A stretch of DNA of 40,348 bases from Catajapyx aquilonaris (lineage: Eukaryota): assembly GCA_000934665.2 (NCBI GenBank), contig KZ538209.1:62001-102348 (forward strand). The letters run 5' to 3'. The position numbers were made by a program, and so were the translations under genes. The notes below the pieces were generated by a model. The model had not been told where the DNA came from, ran no database searches, and was given only the letters and a program-made list of their open reading frames with translations. Each line of letters opens with the position of its first letter. The first letter of the stretch is position 1. Below are positions 23,077-33,924 of this stretch, piece by piece.

Positions 23077-25630
23077 CCCCCCCCCCCTCCCTCCAACTTC
23101 CCGCTTTTCACGTGCGGTCATTTGAATCGGCAAAGTCGCCTTGGCTAATTTTCTTCCCGACTTCCCGAACATCCCGATGCAAGGCACCATGATAATCTAA
23201 CTCCCAATCTACACGACTAGGAGACCAAAATCCTGTTCACTGACTTGGACTCGAAACTTTCTGGACAGTCTAAATCTCAAGACAGCGTAGTTGTGAACAC
23301 CAATTGGACCAGAAGTCAACAAACTGTTCTACCTAATAATAGTAGTAAATATGGCCTAAAAATAACTGCTTAAAAATAAACAGCTTCCAAAATTAGACTG
23401 AATCTGTGCTCTCTATACAGCATTATTAGGTAAGCAATTACATATCAAATGTAAAGTTTGTTTGTTTGTCCCATTTTAATACCTATTTCATACCCATTTT
23501 ATAAACTTTGCTTCTATATGAGGAAAAGTCCAGTGGCAATCAATTACAGCTGGATTTAGGTAGAATTCAAGATGGCGCCCCTTGGGCACTTGCCTAATGC
23601 TCCTAATGCGTATTACGGGTGCCTGATTCTACCCGTGGGGCTGAGATTCGGCATTCTCTCTTCTGTCATTTGCTCGCCTTTCTCAAGAAGGGTAATATGG
23701 TAAGAGCACCTGCAGAGAGCGCAAAATTCAATTTGTCTTATTACATCCAAGAGATGGAAGACGTCTACGGAGCCCTGATGCCAGATGCTCGATAACAATA
23801 GTAAGGGATTATTTTTTTTGTTACATAACTTGAAAGCGATTTATAGTCAGGGCTTGTAATAGTTCTGAGTTTAATGGAAGTGGGAGGCGAAGGAACAAGA
23901 CTAATTACCTTGACGATAACGACTACATTCTCTGTCCGACCCCAAACTTCTGCGAACTGGGTGACAGGTATTTTTTTTTGTAGCGATGGCCACCCTTTTA
24001 ACATCTTTTGTTGCCAGCTAGTGGACATGGTTTTGGACCAGACTTTAGTTTGGCCCGACTTCAGCTCATTCAACCCCTGCCGAGCAACATGAGTTATATT
24101 TCATCCCCCTTTCCTTCCGAGCTCATGCCCAGCCCACAACAAACGCACCTGTTTTTGGAGAAAACGGGAACAATGGGAATGAGCCAAACTAATGTGTACA
24201 ACGGTGCACTTGAATTACTCTTGAAAGTTGTACGCTTGGCTACCTTTACTTATTTGTCTTTTTTGACCTAGGCATGTACATCGTGGCATAGGCTTAGTTG
24301 TGAAGTAATATATGAAATGTGTCTGGAAGTGTGATAATAATTTTTCATTAAACTATTGCAATATTTTTTCAGCAAGATTTTAAAATAAGGGATGAACAAA
24401 AGTTTTGAAAAAACATGTGTTAAAATGTAAATATATTTACAAAGTATTGCAGAATTTTCATGGTGCCTAAGGCAGGAAGCTGACGTTGTAAAACCCGTGT
24501 TTTTATTACTTTAATATCGAAATTAGTGTAAAAACAATTCAATATAACTACTTTCGAGCAATATATATTATTACCGGTAGATGTTCCTTATTTATTTGTG
24601 TCCTTTTTTTTCAAAATAAAATTGTATAGATTTATTTGCTAAGTAGCATGTTATCAAGCGCTGCAGCCAAGTCGACAGTTATCGTTTCTTCTCCTTTTCC
24701 TGTGGCACACGCACAAAAGCGACACCTTTCCACTTAATCCGGGCTCTTCCTCCGGGCCTTTCTTATTCGGTAATTGTTTCATCGGGTAGCAGGCCATCGG
24801 AGACCAATCCCATTGGCCCTTCTACCCACCAATTTCCTCTTGCCCTCTTCTCAAATCCCCAAAGCCGTCTTCTCTTCTCCTTTTCCCCTTCCCCCCTCTT
24901 TTACTTTCTTTTTTTTCCGGATCATTCTTCTCCCAGAATCCTTTTCTCGGAGCCAAAAGGAAGGAACTTCACACACTCAATCAGCTTTTCTTTTCTTACG
25001 ACATGCGATTTGTGTCGCCTCCAACTTTTGGGCCCCCTTTCACTTGTTGACTAATTCCGAACCTTTCTCGACTAACTTTACCTAAGACATGGTCTCAACA
25101 CAATTTGTACCATGTCAAAAAGTAGCAGATTTTGCTCCAACTTTGAACTCGATGAATTTCTTTGGAAAATTCGAAACAGTCGCTGTTTGTCTCTTATTTA
25201 TTTTGCAAATGTGTAAATGTGCTTTGCGTATATTTCAAATGAATTACTCAAAGGAATCAGTATACTGTCGAGCTAGAGAGAATGGCGGGCTATTATCCGG
25301 CTGTGATCAAGCCTAGGAAACGTTGCATTATTAATAGGCCTAACTGAACATGCTGTGAACAGTACATGACTGTGAGAATAATAGCATTCACTTCGGGATG
25401 AATCCTTTGAACAGAGCAGCCACGTTTCAACATCGTCTTGGAAATGACCCTGAGGAAAAGCTTCATCCTGTGCTCTCGCTAACCTATGCGCCACTTTTGT
25501 GTTGCCGGCCAACCTATTTACAGGGGCAAAAACAAGGTACACATTATTACCCTCTATACTTATAAGGTAGCATAAGATACTGCAATAATTATAATATATC
25601 AGTATTTCTAATACAAAATATTGTCTCAAT

Positions 25631-25740
25631 CAGGGATGGAAAAAGAACCGCTTCCTTCCAAGAAGCGCTTCTTTTTTCCATGTGCAGGAATGGAAAAAGA
25701 ACCGCTTCCTCCCAAAGAAGCGCTTCTTTTTCCATCCCTG
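25631..25740. mobile_element. hAT-type mini-MITE (110 bp, tandem dimer) with 8-bp TSD
   Basis: Perfect 17-bp TIR CAGGGATGGAAAAAGAA / TTCTTTTTCCATCCCTG. TSD GTCTCAAT at 25623-25630 and 25741-25748. An 8-bp TSD with CAGGG termini is characteristic of hAT elements. Confidence 0.88.
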
Positions 25741-26669
25741 GTCTCAATTAATTTTTAAACTTCTGATGTATTATAGAGATGAACACATGACTATTAGAAA
25801 CATTCCTCCCGAGAGTTTTCCAGTAATATATTTATAGGTGTAAAATATGTGCAGAAAAAACATGCGGCCTATAGCGGTCTATGTTATACAGGACGGTGCG
25901 GAGGGAAGTGAGAGGTTTTTTGTTGTTGGAAGCTTTTCCACGCGACACACATGCATAGGGTACGTGTTTAAACAACACGTTCTGGCTACAGCTATGTAAA
26001 CTGGGCGCTGTTAGCATAATTATGTGTGCTGATTGATACCTTGCCTCGCCTTCGCTTTGTAAAAGTATGGGTGAAAAAATTAATTTCGCGCTAATTTTAA
26101 AACATGGCATTTTTCTTGCATAATAAAAACGTGTGCGTGATTATGCAATTTTGGCATAATAATATGTTTACAACATTTTAGCAACAATTAATCGAAATCT
26201 TCAATATTCTACAGTCCTTCACCAACTAATGTTACTCAATCTCTGGCATTGTGCTCTCGGGAAGTGAGATATTGTATTTAGTGCAGTTGTATGAAACAAT
26301 AGTAATTGTTTTCACCTGTTTCAATGTTTACTTCATTCATACAGTACACAGACTTAGATATACAGCCACTCTCAGCCATTATTTCCTTTTGAAAGAGCAT
26401 ATTATGTACGCTGCACTATAACTTGTAACTAATACAGTACCATTTTAAATATTGATTCCCAGGACTAGTTTGGAAATTCACCCGCTTACTGTATGCTGGA
26501 AAGGGAGATTAAAAATTAAAACATTTCAAGTTTCTCCCAAAACTCGTTCTGCAATAAATTAATCAAAGCATGACAAGTAGTATGCCATACTACTGTAGAT
26601 AATGAATTAATAATTATTTTCTGCTCCAATATGGTACAACAGAACCTTTGTAATTTTGCCAATTAATTA

Positions 26670-26715
26670 GGGTAAAGCGGGGCAAGTTGACACATGGGGT
26701 AAGTTGAATCAAAGC
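26670..26715 (+). mobile_element. Probable left terminus of a pogo/Tigger-like Tc1/mariner DNA transposon remnant
   Basis: TA|GGGTAAAGCGGGGCAAGTTGACACATGGGGTAAGTTGA, with a duplicated subterminal GGGGYAAGTTGA. This resembles pogo-group termini. No intact right end was found. Confidence 0.35.
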
Positions 26716-28764
26716 TAATTACTCAAAAACTATCTCCCATCGGGATGTGAGAGCCTCTTCACATGCACTCCCTCTAGCACCTCCTCTCGCTCCCATCAAT
26801 TGTGATTTTGTTTCAGTGCAGTATGGTGCTTAGTTACGGAGAGAGGACCTGCTGGTTTTTCAGGTGCCTGTGTAAATTTTCTGATTTTGAATTTTTGGAA
26901 AGGGCCAGCCATGCAAATCCATGACATACTAAATGTATACTATAAACAGCATTTTGGCCTTACCAAAAATATTAAAATAAAAAGTTATAAATTGATGTGT
27001 ATTATGTGGCAATTTTTAATATCTCTGCAAGATAGGACAGTTTAAATCAATAGGATACGGATCCAGTTGGAGCATATGTTGTGACCAGGTGACAAGATAG
27101 ATACCGTATAACATAAATATGTTTTCAAAATATTAATGGCAAAAAATATATTGGAATCCCCTCTCAGATGGCCCCGAAGAAGACTCTATCTCTTAAACGC
27201 CAATCTTGTAACCCATGTTGTTCCATCGTCTGGTGGGTGACTGTGACTGCCAAGAAGGAACATTTATTTTTAGCGGGTTTTTTTTTTGCATGGGTGTGTC
27301 TGGAAGGGCGCGGTCAAACTTGCTATATATGAAGTGGGAGGATCATCGGGAACATGCCCTTGGCCAATCCTAGATCTAAGATGATTTAAGTGAAAAAATA
27401 TAATGAAGGATGTATGGTTGTACAGTACTGTACTGTATTACGTATAAGATAGTATAAAGACAGAGTGGGATAGTGAGCAAAGGTAAAACTACTATAGTTT
27501 CAGTTACTTACAAGGGGATTAAAAATCGGAAAATAATTTTACCCCTGCGGCAACAAATCCTGCTAAGATTGCCATTCTCTATCAATGTAGCAAGAGATTT
27601 TACCAGAACATTCTCTTCTCTTTTGTACGACGCACTACATCCACTCTCGTTATGTTCAACTTTCAATCTGTATATTTGAAGACAGACTCGCCCTGACTAC
27701 AATAACGAGCTCCCAGTTTAGTCCATAGCCTTCTGTACAGAATGTTCTTAAAAAATGAAGAGGAAAAAATCAAAAAAGTTCAGAAGGCTTGAAGAGTTGT
27801 CAAGGAACTCCCAAGAGAAATTAAGTTAGCCTAGATTGAAATCGGCTATCAAATTATGATTTCTCTTCAACTTAAAACTATGAAAGTATTTCAAAAGACT
27901 GGCAAAAGACTTTAAACATCATTTGAGTATTGTACACACTACCTGTTTACACAATCTCTGCACAGAATTACCTACCCTATAGTTATAAATTACTCAAAAC
28001 TTGATAGCGGAACTACTTTTTTGTAACATTGTAACAGAGCCTGCAGCACAAAAAAGTAATAAGCTTACATGCCCTTTTCTCGCAAAGGGATGAAGTCAGC
28101 GGCAGGCATTGTAACCCATCCTAGTGGAAAAGCGAACTTTCCTAATTATTCCGGGTTTAAAAAAAGGAAGAGTGTCGCTTTTCCTTTCGGAGATGCAATT
28201 TTGAAAGAAAAGGTCCGTAAGCAAGGAGAATTGCAGTGAGTTTTACTACCCCCAATCGGAGTCAAGTACCGCGCTTGTAAAATGACTCCCCGCGCAATCA
28301 CGAAACTCGAGCTTCTTCCAGATTGATCATATCTTCCGCTTCTCCTGCATCCCCAATGTTACACTCCCAGACCCTACCCATTTTTTTTCAGCCTGTATTA
28401 AGATTGTTCAGGCGTACTGCATACTTGTACTGTATACGTGGCATCGTATCTTCGAGCGACCGAACTTTTGTATCAGTAGATGAAATCCAGTGTCGTACGT
28501 ATACGCTCAATATGCAATCAGGAATCGAATCGATTTGTAAAAATGTACGCAATACACTTACGTAATTTTTATAAAAAAAATATATTTGAGTAGGTCACTA
28601 TCAAAACTATGCCATTTTTGACAAATATGTGTTAATTCCTGGTGATATTCATCAACTCAGGGCTTAATTAGTATTTCCAATATAATTATGGAATGTTTTC
28701 ACCTTGGAACTAACTCCCATTGGACAAGGTTACCTGGGCCGTGAAGAGACCCACTAATTCTTAA

Positions 28765-29421
28765 AGGGACACGCCACTCAAAAAAGAAGTTGGTCTCTAA
28801 AAATCAGGCAAAAAATCCTGATTCCGAAGGTATAAACAGTTTTTCTGAGAGACGAACGGTAAGGCCAGGGCGAGCCGTCAAAGTCTCAGAATTTGCGTCG
28901 TCTGCTCATGAGCTGCCCATCCCACTAGTCCGCGGCGCCACCGGGTACAGTACTGGCCAATAATCGAGGCAACGACTAGCGACATTTTCCCGAAGCGGCA
29001 GAAGAAGGAATCTTGCTCGCCCGGCTTGTAGCATGCTTATCTTCGATTCCTTCTTCTGCCGCTTCGGGAAAATGTCGCTAGTCGTTGCCTCGATTATTGG
29101 CCAGTACTGTACTAGGCGAAATTGGCTTGGACCTGAAAGTCGGGTCTGGTCGGGAGGTGGCCGGATGAAGACTGTGGCACGGACCAAAGATGGCGTCACC
29201 CGTGACATCGACCGGCATAGACCAAAGATGGCTGAGGATTATCCCAATTTCTGCCCAGACCCGGGAGAAGGCGCTGCTCTTTTGCGCCAGATTAGAATTG
29301 CCGAACTTTGACGCCTCACCCCCTTATCGTTCATCTCTCAGGAAAACTGCTTATACCCTCGGAATCAGGATTTTTTGCCCGATATTTAGAGCCCAACATG
29401 TATTTTGAGTGGAGTGTCCCT
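28765..29421. mobile_element. Kolobok/T2-type MITE with ~120-bp imperfect TIRs and TTAA TSD
   Basis: TTAA|AGGGACAC...GTGTCCCT|TTAA (TSD 28761-28764 and 29422-29425). Arms 28765-28884 and 29305-29421 are reverse complements with scattered mismatches. TTAA plus 5'-AG termini fits Kolobok rather than piggyBac. Confidence 0.85.
28948..29109. mobile_element. Tc1/mariner-type MITE (162 bp) nested in the Kolobok-type MITE
   Basis: TA|CAGTACTGGCC...GGCCAGTACTG|TA with TA TSD. Arms 28945-29012 and 29045-29112 are perfect 68-bp reverse complements around a 32-nt spacer. Confidence 0.85.
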
Positions 29422-30294
29422 TTAAATTCCAGTTTTTTGAATTGTTTCGACCAGAAGAATGTAGCCTGGTTTTGATAATGACCTACTCATGTTTCTCTCT
29501 CTCTTTACTATCAGGATGCCTGTCCTATTAGCGATATTGTCCAACGTACGTACATTTTCTAAAATCCATGTCATTAAAGCGCAATAATTCTTCATTGAAC
29601 ATTGATTCTATTTACCAGTTTGTTCTGTGCTATTCGTCATGACAAAGCAGCGTGTGGCAGACAGATAGGTGAAAAAAAAAGTTTGTGATTGAAGCATGAA
29701 CAGGCCACTGACATGACTCTGTTTGCGGCCAATTTGGCCCCACGTCAGAAGCACTGAAGAGTCTATTGGATTAGCGAGAGAAAAATAGTTGAATACACGT
29801 TCATTCCCCGGTTTATCGAAAGCTTGGGGATTATCAAAAGCTGGGAGTTTGTGCATCAGTGACTCTGTGAATGACTCTATCTCTCTCTAGCTCTTTTTTT
29901 TTTAGCTTATTTTGCTTTCTGACTAAGAGTTAAAATAAAAGCTCTGAGGGGAAAATGGCCCAATTTGTGCTAATGAAAGGTCCCGTGCTTAACAGTGGTG
30001 CTTCTGACACGCTGGCTAAACATTGTTGTGGCAGGGGCACAACTTCAACACATTTTTGAATACGCTTTTTTTTCTGGTTGAGAGGGAAGCGGAACATAAA
30101 TCAACCGCATGGAGCAATGAGTCCCTAATTTTGTGAAAGGTTATAAGCGACGAATCTATTGGCTTGAACGTTCGAGTAGAATTTAGGTACAAAACTGGAC
30201 AGTATGGGTATGAAAATATACGCCTGAAAACTGAGCTTTTGATGGATATTGGGGACTGGATACCTGAAAGTTACTGTCGGCATAGAAGAGAAAT

Positions 30295-30743
30295 CCACAA
30301 ATTCTGCCGTCCCAAGGAGAAACACCCTATCTGCAAAACTAGTAAGGGTGAAAGTCGCATGCATGCCCTACACTAATCCCCCTTGACTCCGGGGGGATTA
30401 GTGCATGGCATGCATGCGACTTTCACCCTTACTAGTTTTGGAGATAGGGTGTTTCTCCTTGGGACGGCAGAATTGTGGTTGTTATCAGTTGTTTACATCA
30501 CTAAGGCCGGGTTGCACCGACTCCCGGAAAATTTATCCGTCGAAAAAGAGCCATGATAGTTTATTACTGATTGTTGACAGCATTGTTGACAACAATCAAT
30601 AACAAACTATCCTGGCTCTTTTTCGGGCGGATAAATTTTCCGGGAGTCGGTGCAACCCGGCCTGATGTAAACAACTGATAACAGCCACAATTCTTCCGTC
30701 CCAAGGAGAAACACCCTATCTCCAAAACTAGTAAGGGTGAAAG
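30295..30743. repeat. Interlocking double palindrome (60-bp unit triplicated as direct-inverted-direct)
   Basis: The unit CCACAA(A)TTCTKCCGTCCCAAGGAGAAACACCCTATCTSCAAAACTAGTAAGGGTGAAAG occurs at ~30295-30354 (+), ~30420-30478 (-) and ~30685-30743 (+). Both spacers are themselves near-perfect palindromes, centred ~30386 and ~30581. Confidence 0.93.
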
Positions 30744-31510
30744 GTCATTTTTCTGCTGTATTTCCTAGTGAAGTTCATATGAGCCAGCAAGGGAGAATTT
30801 TCTGTCGAAACTATATTTCTTTTGTATATCCATGAGATTATATTCTAGGAGTGCCGGAAGCTCCCACTTCAACGTCTGATTGGAACAAAATCAAATTTCC
30901 CTCAGTGGATACCCTATTGGACATAGCTGTACTCTCACACTCCAGATAATTAGGTGCACCGTGGGGGGATTCACAGGGTGCCCCACAAATCGACGCTCTC
31001 CCAAAGCCAATCAAACCCGCTTGTAACGCAAACCGTATCGAGCATCTCCATATACAGTACTCCATCCCAAATCAGAGCCAATGAAATCTCAAATGACGCT
31101 CTAAACAGGCCAACAGCCAGATCACCGTTGCCAGGTGACCCCCACCCCTCCACTCTCCATCCCCTACCCCTTTGAAAAACCATGAGCTCGCTTAATCCCA
31201 AAAAAGCGATCCGCAGCTGAGTGGTGCAGAGTTGGAGATGAAAATATTGGAGATTCCCCCCCTAAAAGTAAATGGAATATGAACCCCCCCATCCTTCCCC
31301 CTCTCCCCCCCCATCCAGAGTAGGTATGATAATGAAGTGTAAAGTGCGCTCCCTTCCTTGGGCCCAAGGATTGTGGCAATGAGAGAGGGCGGAAATGGGA
31401 TGCGTCGCTCCACTCATTAGCAAGGCCTGCCGGGATGGAAAAAGACGGACTAAGCAGCAAATTGAATGAAGGCCCAATCGAATCCAGGCCANGGGGGGGG
31501 TTCTCTCGTA

Positions 31511-31578
31511 GGAGGGCGCTCAGTAGGGAGGACGCTTAGAAGCGGGCGCTGAGAAGGGAGGGCGCTGAGAAGGGAGGG
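31511..31578. repeat. Minisatellite, ~17-bp unit GGAGGGCGCTGAGAAG(G), about 4 copies
   Basis: Directly visible degenerate tandem copies. Confidence 0.8.
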
Positions 31579-31688
31579 GACTAATAATAAAGTGCTTTTA
31601 GAGGCTGGGAGCCAGGCTTTGAAGTCCATTTGAGGCCCTCTCTTCCAAGTAGGTAAAAAAGAGGGCAGTGAACAGGGGAGGGAAGGTA

Positions 31689-31729
31689 AGAGAGAGAAAG
31701 ATAGAAAGAGAGAGAGAGAGAGAGAGAGA
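31689..31729. repeat. (AG)n microsatellite
   Basis: Directly visible. Confidence 0.9.
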
Positions 31730-33870
31730 AAAATACTGAATCTTAATGGCGATGTCGATTAATTATGGATGCATTGAGCCCGGCTGGTTTTGAAATAAAT
31801 TACTACACTTCGATTCCACAAAAGGAACGAGCTTTTGGCGAGGGATATAGATTTGCTTTTCTCAGCGACAGGGCTTCCAACGTCTTGTCCAATTTGCATA
31901 TCTGGGGTTCCGGAAGCTCAAGGCGGCGGCCTGGAGATTTCTGCCTCATCTTTGTATAGAAAAAAAGGAGAGCTGAAAGAACAGTGGGAGGAAAAGAGGA
32001 GAAAATTACGAGAGTTTCGGTCCTGTCAGTATATTCTACAGTATAAGGGTGGGCACGAAAAGTCAGTGTAAGGAGTTGTGAAATTTTGTTGCAGAGAAAG
32101 ATAAAAATCGATGTAGTTACCAGTAATGTGGTGCAACAGCGTATTTGCATCCCATTGATCAAAGGTACACCAGTTATGACACACCTTATAAATTTCTGTT
32201 GTTTTTAACTCAAATTTGTCTACACTATAAGTTGTTAGTGATTTGGATATACAGTAATAAAAAACCTTTTTGATTTTTCATACGCAACCTCGTTCGTTGT
32301 ACTTGATTTATTGTGGATATACAAACACTAGTAGTGGGTACTTGTAGTTTAATTAGAACGTACAGTACGATTCTTTTGGTTGAGCAAACAAAACCTCTGA
32401 ATTATTTCATCTCATAATTCTCTAAGTACGTCATGTAGAGATCGATTTAACGAGATGTGGGTGGTTTTCAGTAGGTCTGGTTTTACTTAACTACACTTGG
32501 CTCCGTCGCCAGTTTTCTACCCTATACTGCTGCATTAGAAACTTGTTTTTGCTGTCCCATTCACTTATCGTTCTGCGCTGTAGTTTTGCCGATTACAAAA
32601 CTAGTGCAGTGAATATTATTTGGGGTTTTGCCAGCTGCCACAGTGGTTGCCATTTTGCCTCTAATAACCACACAAGGACATCAACGGTGTACAAAATTAT
32701 CGGAGGGGGGGGGGGGAGTTCATAGAATTAGGTGAAACAAGTAACAGCTATTTGGGTTGGGAATAAACCTATCCTCTTGACTGCGGAATGAAAAAGTGGC
32801 GATTAATGTCAAACTTTCTTCATTTGTGCAGTACGTCTCAAATCCGTAACAATGCTCGTCGGCTCAAAGTACTATCTGCTGATTACATTGACTAATCTGG
32901 TCTGATTGTTACACTAGATGATACTGGGTTGCTGTTTGTAGTCAGTAGGGCTGATTTATCCCCAAGTGGTGGGCTCTGAGCCTGATTTATTACTAATGAA
33001 TCATGTTGCAGTCTCAATTTTTCATTCTTCGCAGCCAACTCGTGTTGAAAAATTGATTAATCTGCGTCATAAATAATGCCTAACTGCAGTTAAAATTTTA
33101 ACAAAGTATGAAAATATGTCGACAAATGGTCGCACCTGATGGAAGTGTACCAAATCATCCTCCTCGATACGGAAGGCGAATATAAAGAGGTGTTTCCACT
33201 TGCTCCCCAGTTTCAATCCAGCAAGCGGTTTATTTGCTGAATATTCCCATGTTCATCGAAGCGCCCGAATGTTAGGACACGACTTTGAAACTACCACCTG
33301 GTAATTTACATGTAAATGAAGGTACAAGTATCATATCTTGAATTTTGACAACGAGGCATTTGCAGATGTGTTAAATAAAATAGTCGTATATTCATTGGTC
33401 AAATAATACCTGAAGCCTAAGGGATACCAAAATGGTGTGAGGTACTCTATGGTTTCGTTCTCAAAAAATCTCTCTCTGAGAGACCACCCCAGTTCTATAT
33501 GCTCCTGTTGAATGGAATAGCATCATGTGCAAAGGAGGGGTATCCTTCCAAATCTAATCAGTTGTTGGAGTATGAACGGAACCCCAATCTGTCCAATCAA
33601 ACTGCTAGTTGCTCCGTGAACAGTACACCAACAGAGCCACGAATGCTTCACACGAAGACTAATTAATCCCTTTCGAGGCTGGGATGCAATTGACAAGTGA
33701 GTCCAATCAGCCTGATAACACATGCGGAAATGAGAAAAAATCTTGACCTCATAACTCTAAAATGCGTCCCTTGATCATCTGGTCTGAACCTTTCACGAAC
33801 TGCTGTTTTATTCACCGTTGGGAAAAAAATCTGATGATATCTGGCTCTCAGAAGTTGATTTGAAGGTGCC

Positions 33871-33924
33871 TAACGGTCATAACGGTCATAACGGTCATAA
33901 CGGTCATAACGGTCCTAACGGTCA
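33871..33924. repeat. Tandem 9-mer (TAACGGTCA)6
   Basis: Six copies, one with a C variant at the last position. Confidence 0.95.

Noticed and set aside
30295..30743. CRISPR-like repeat-spacer array
   Set aside because: The repeats alternate in orientation, the spacers are palindromes, and the context is eukaryotic with no cas genes.
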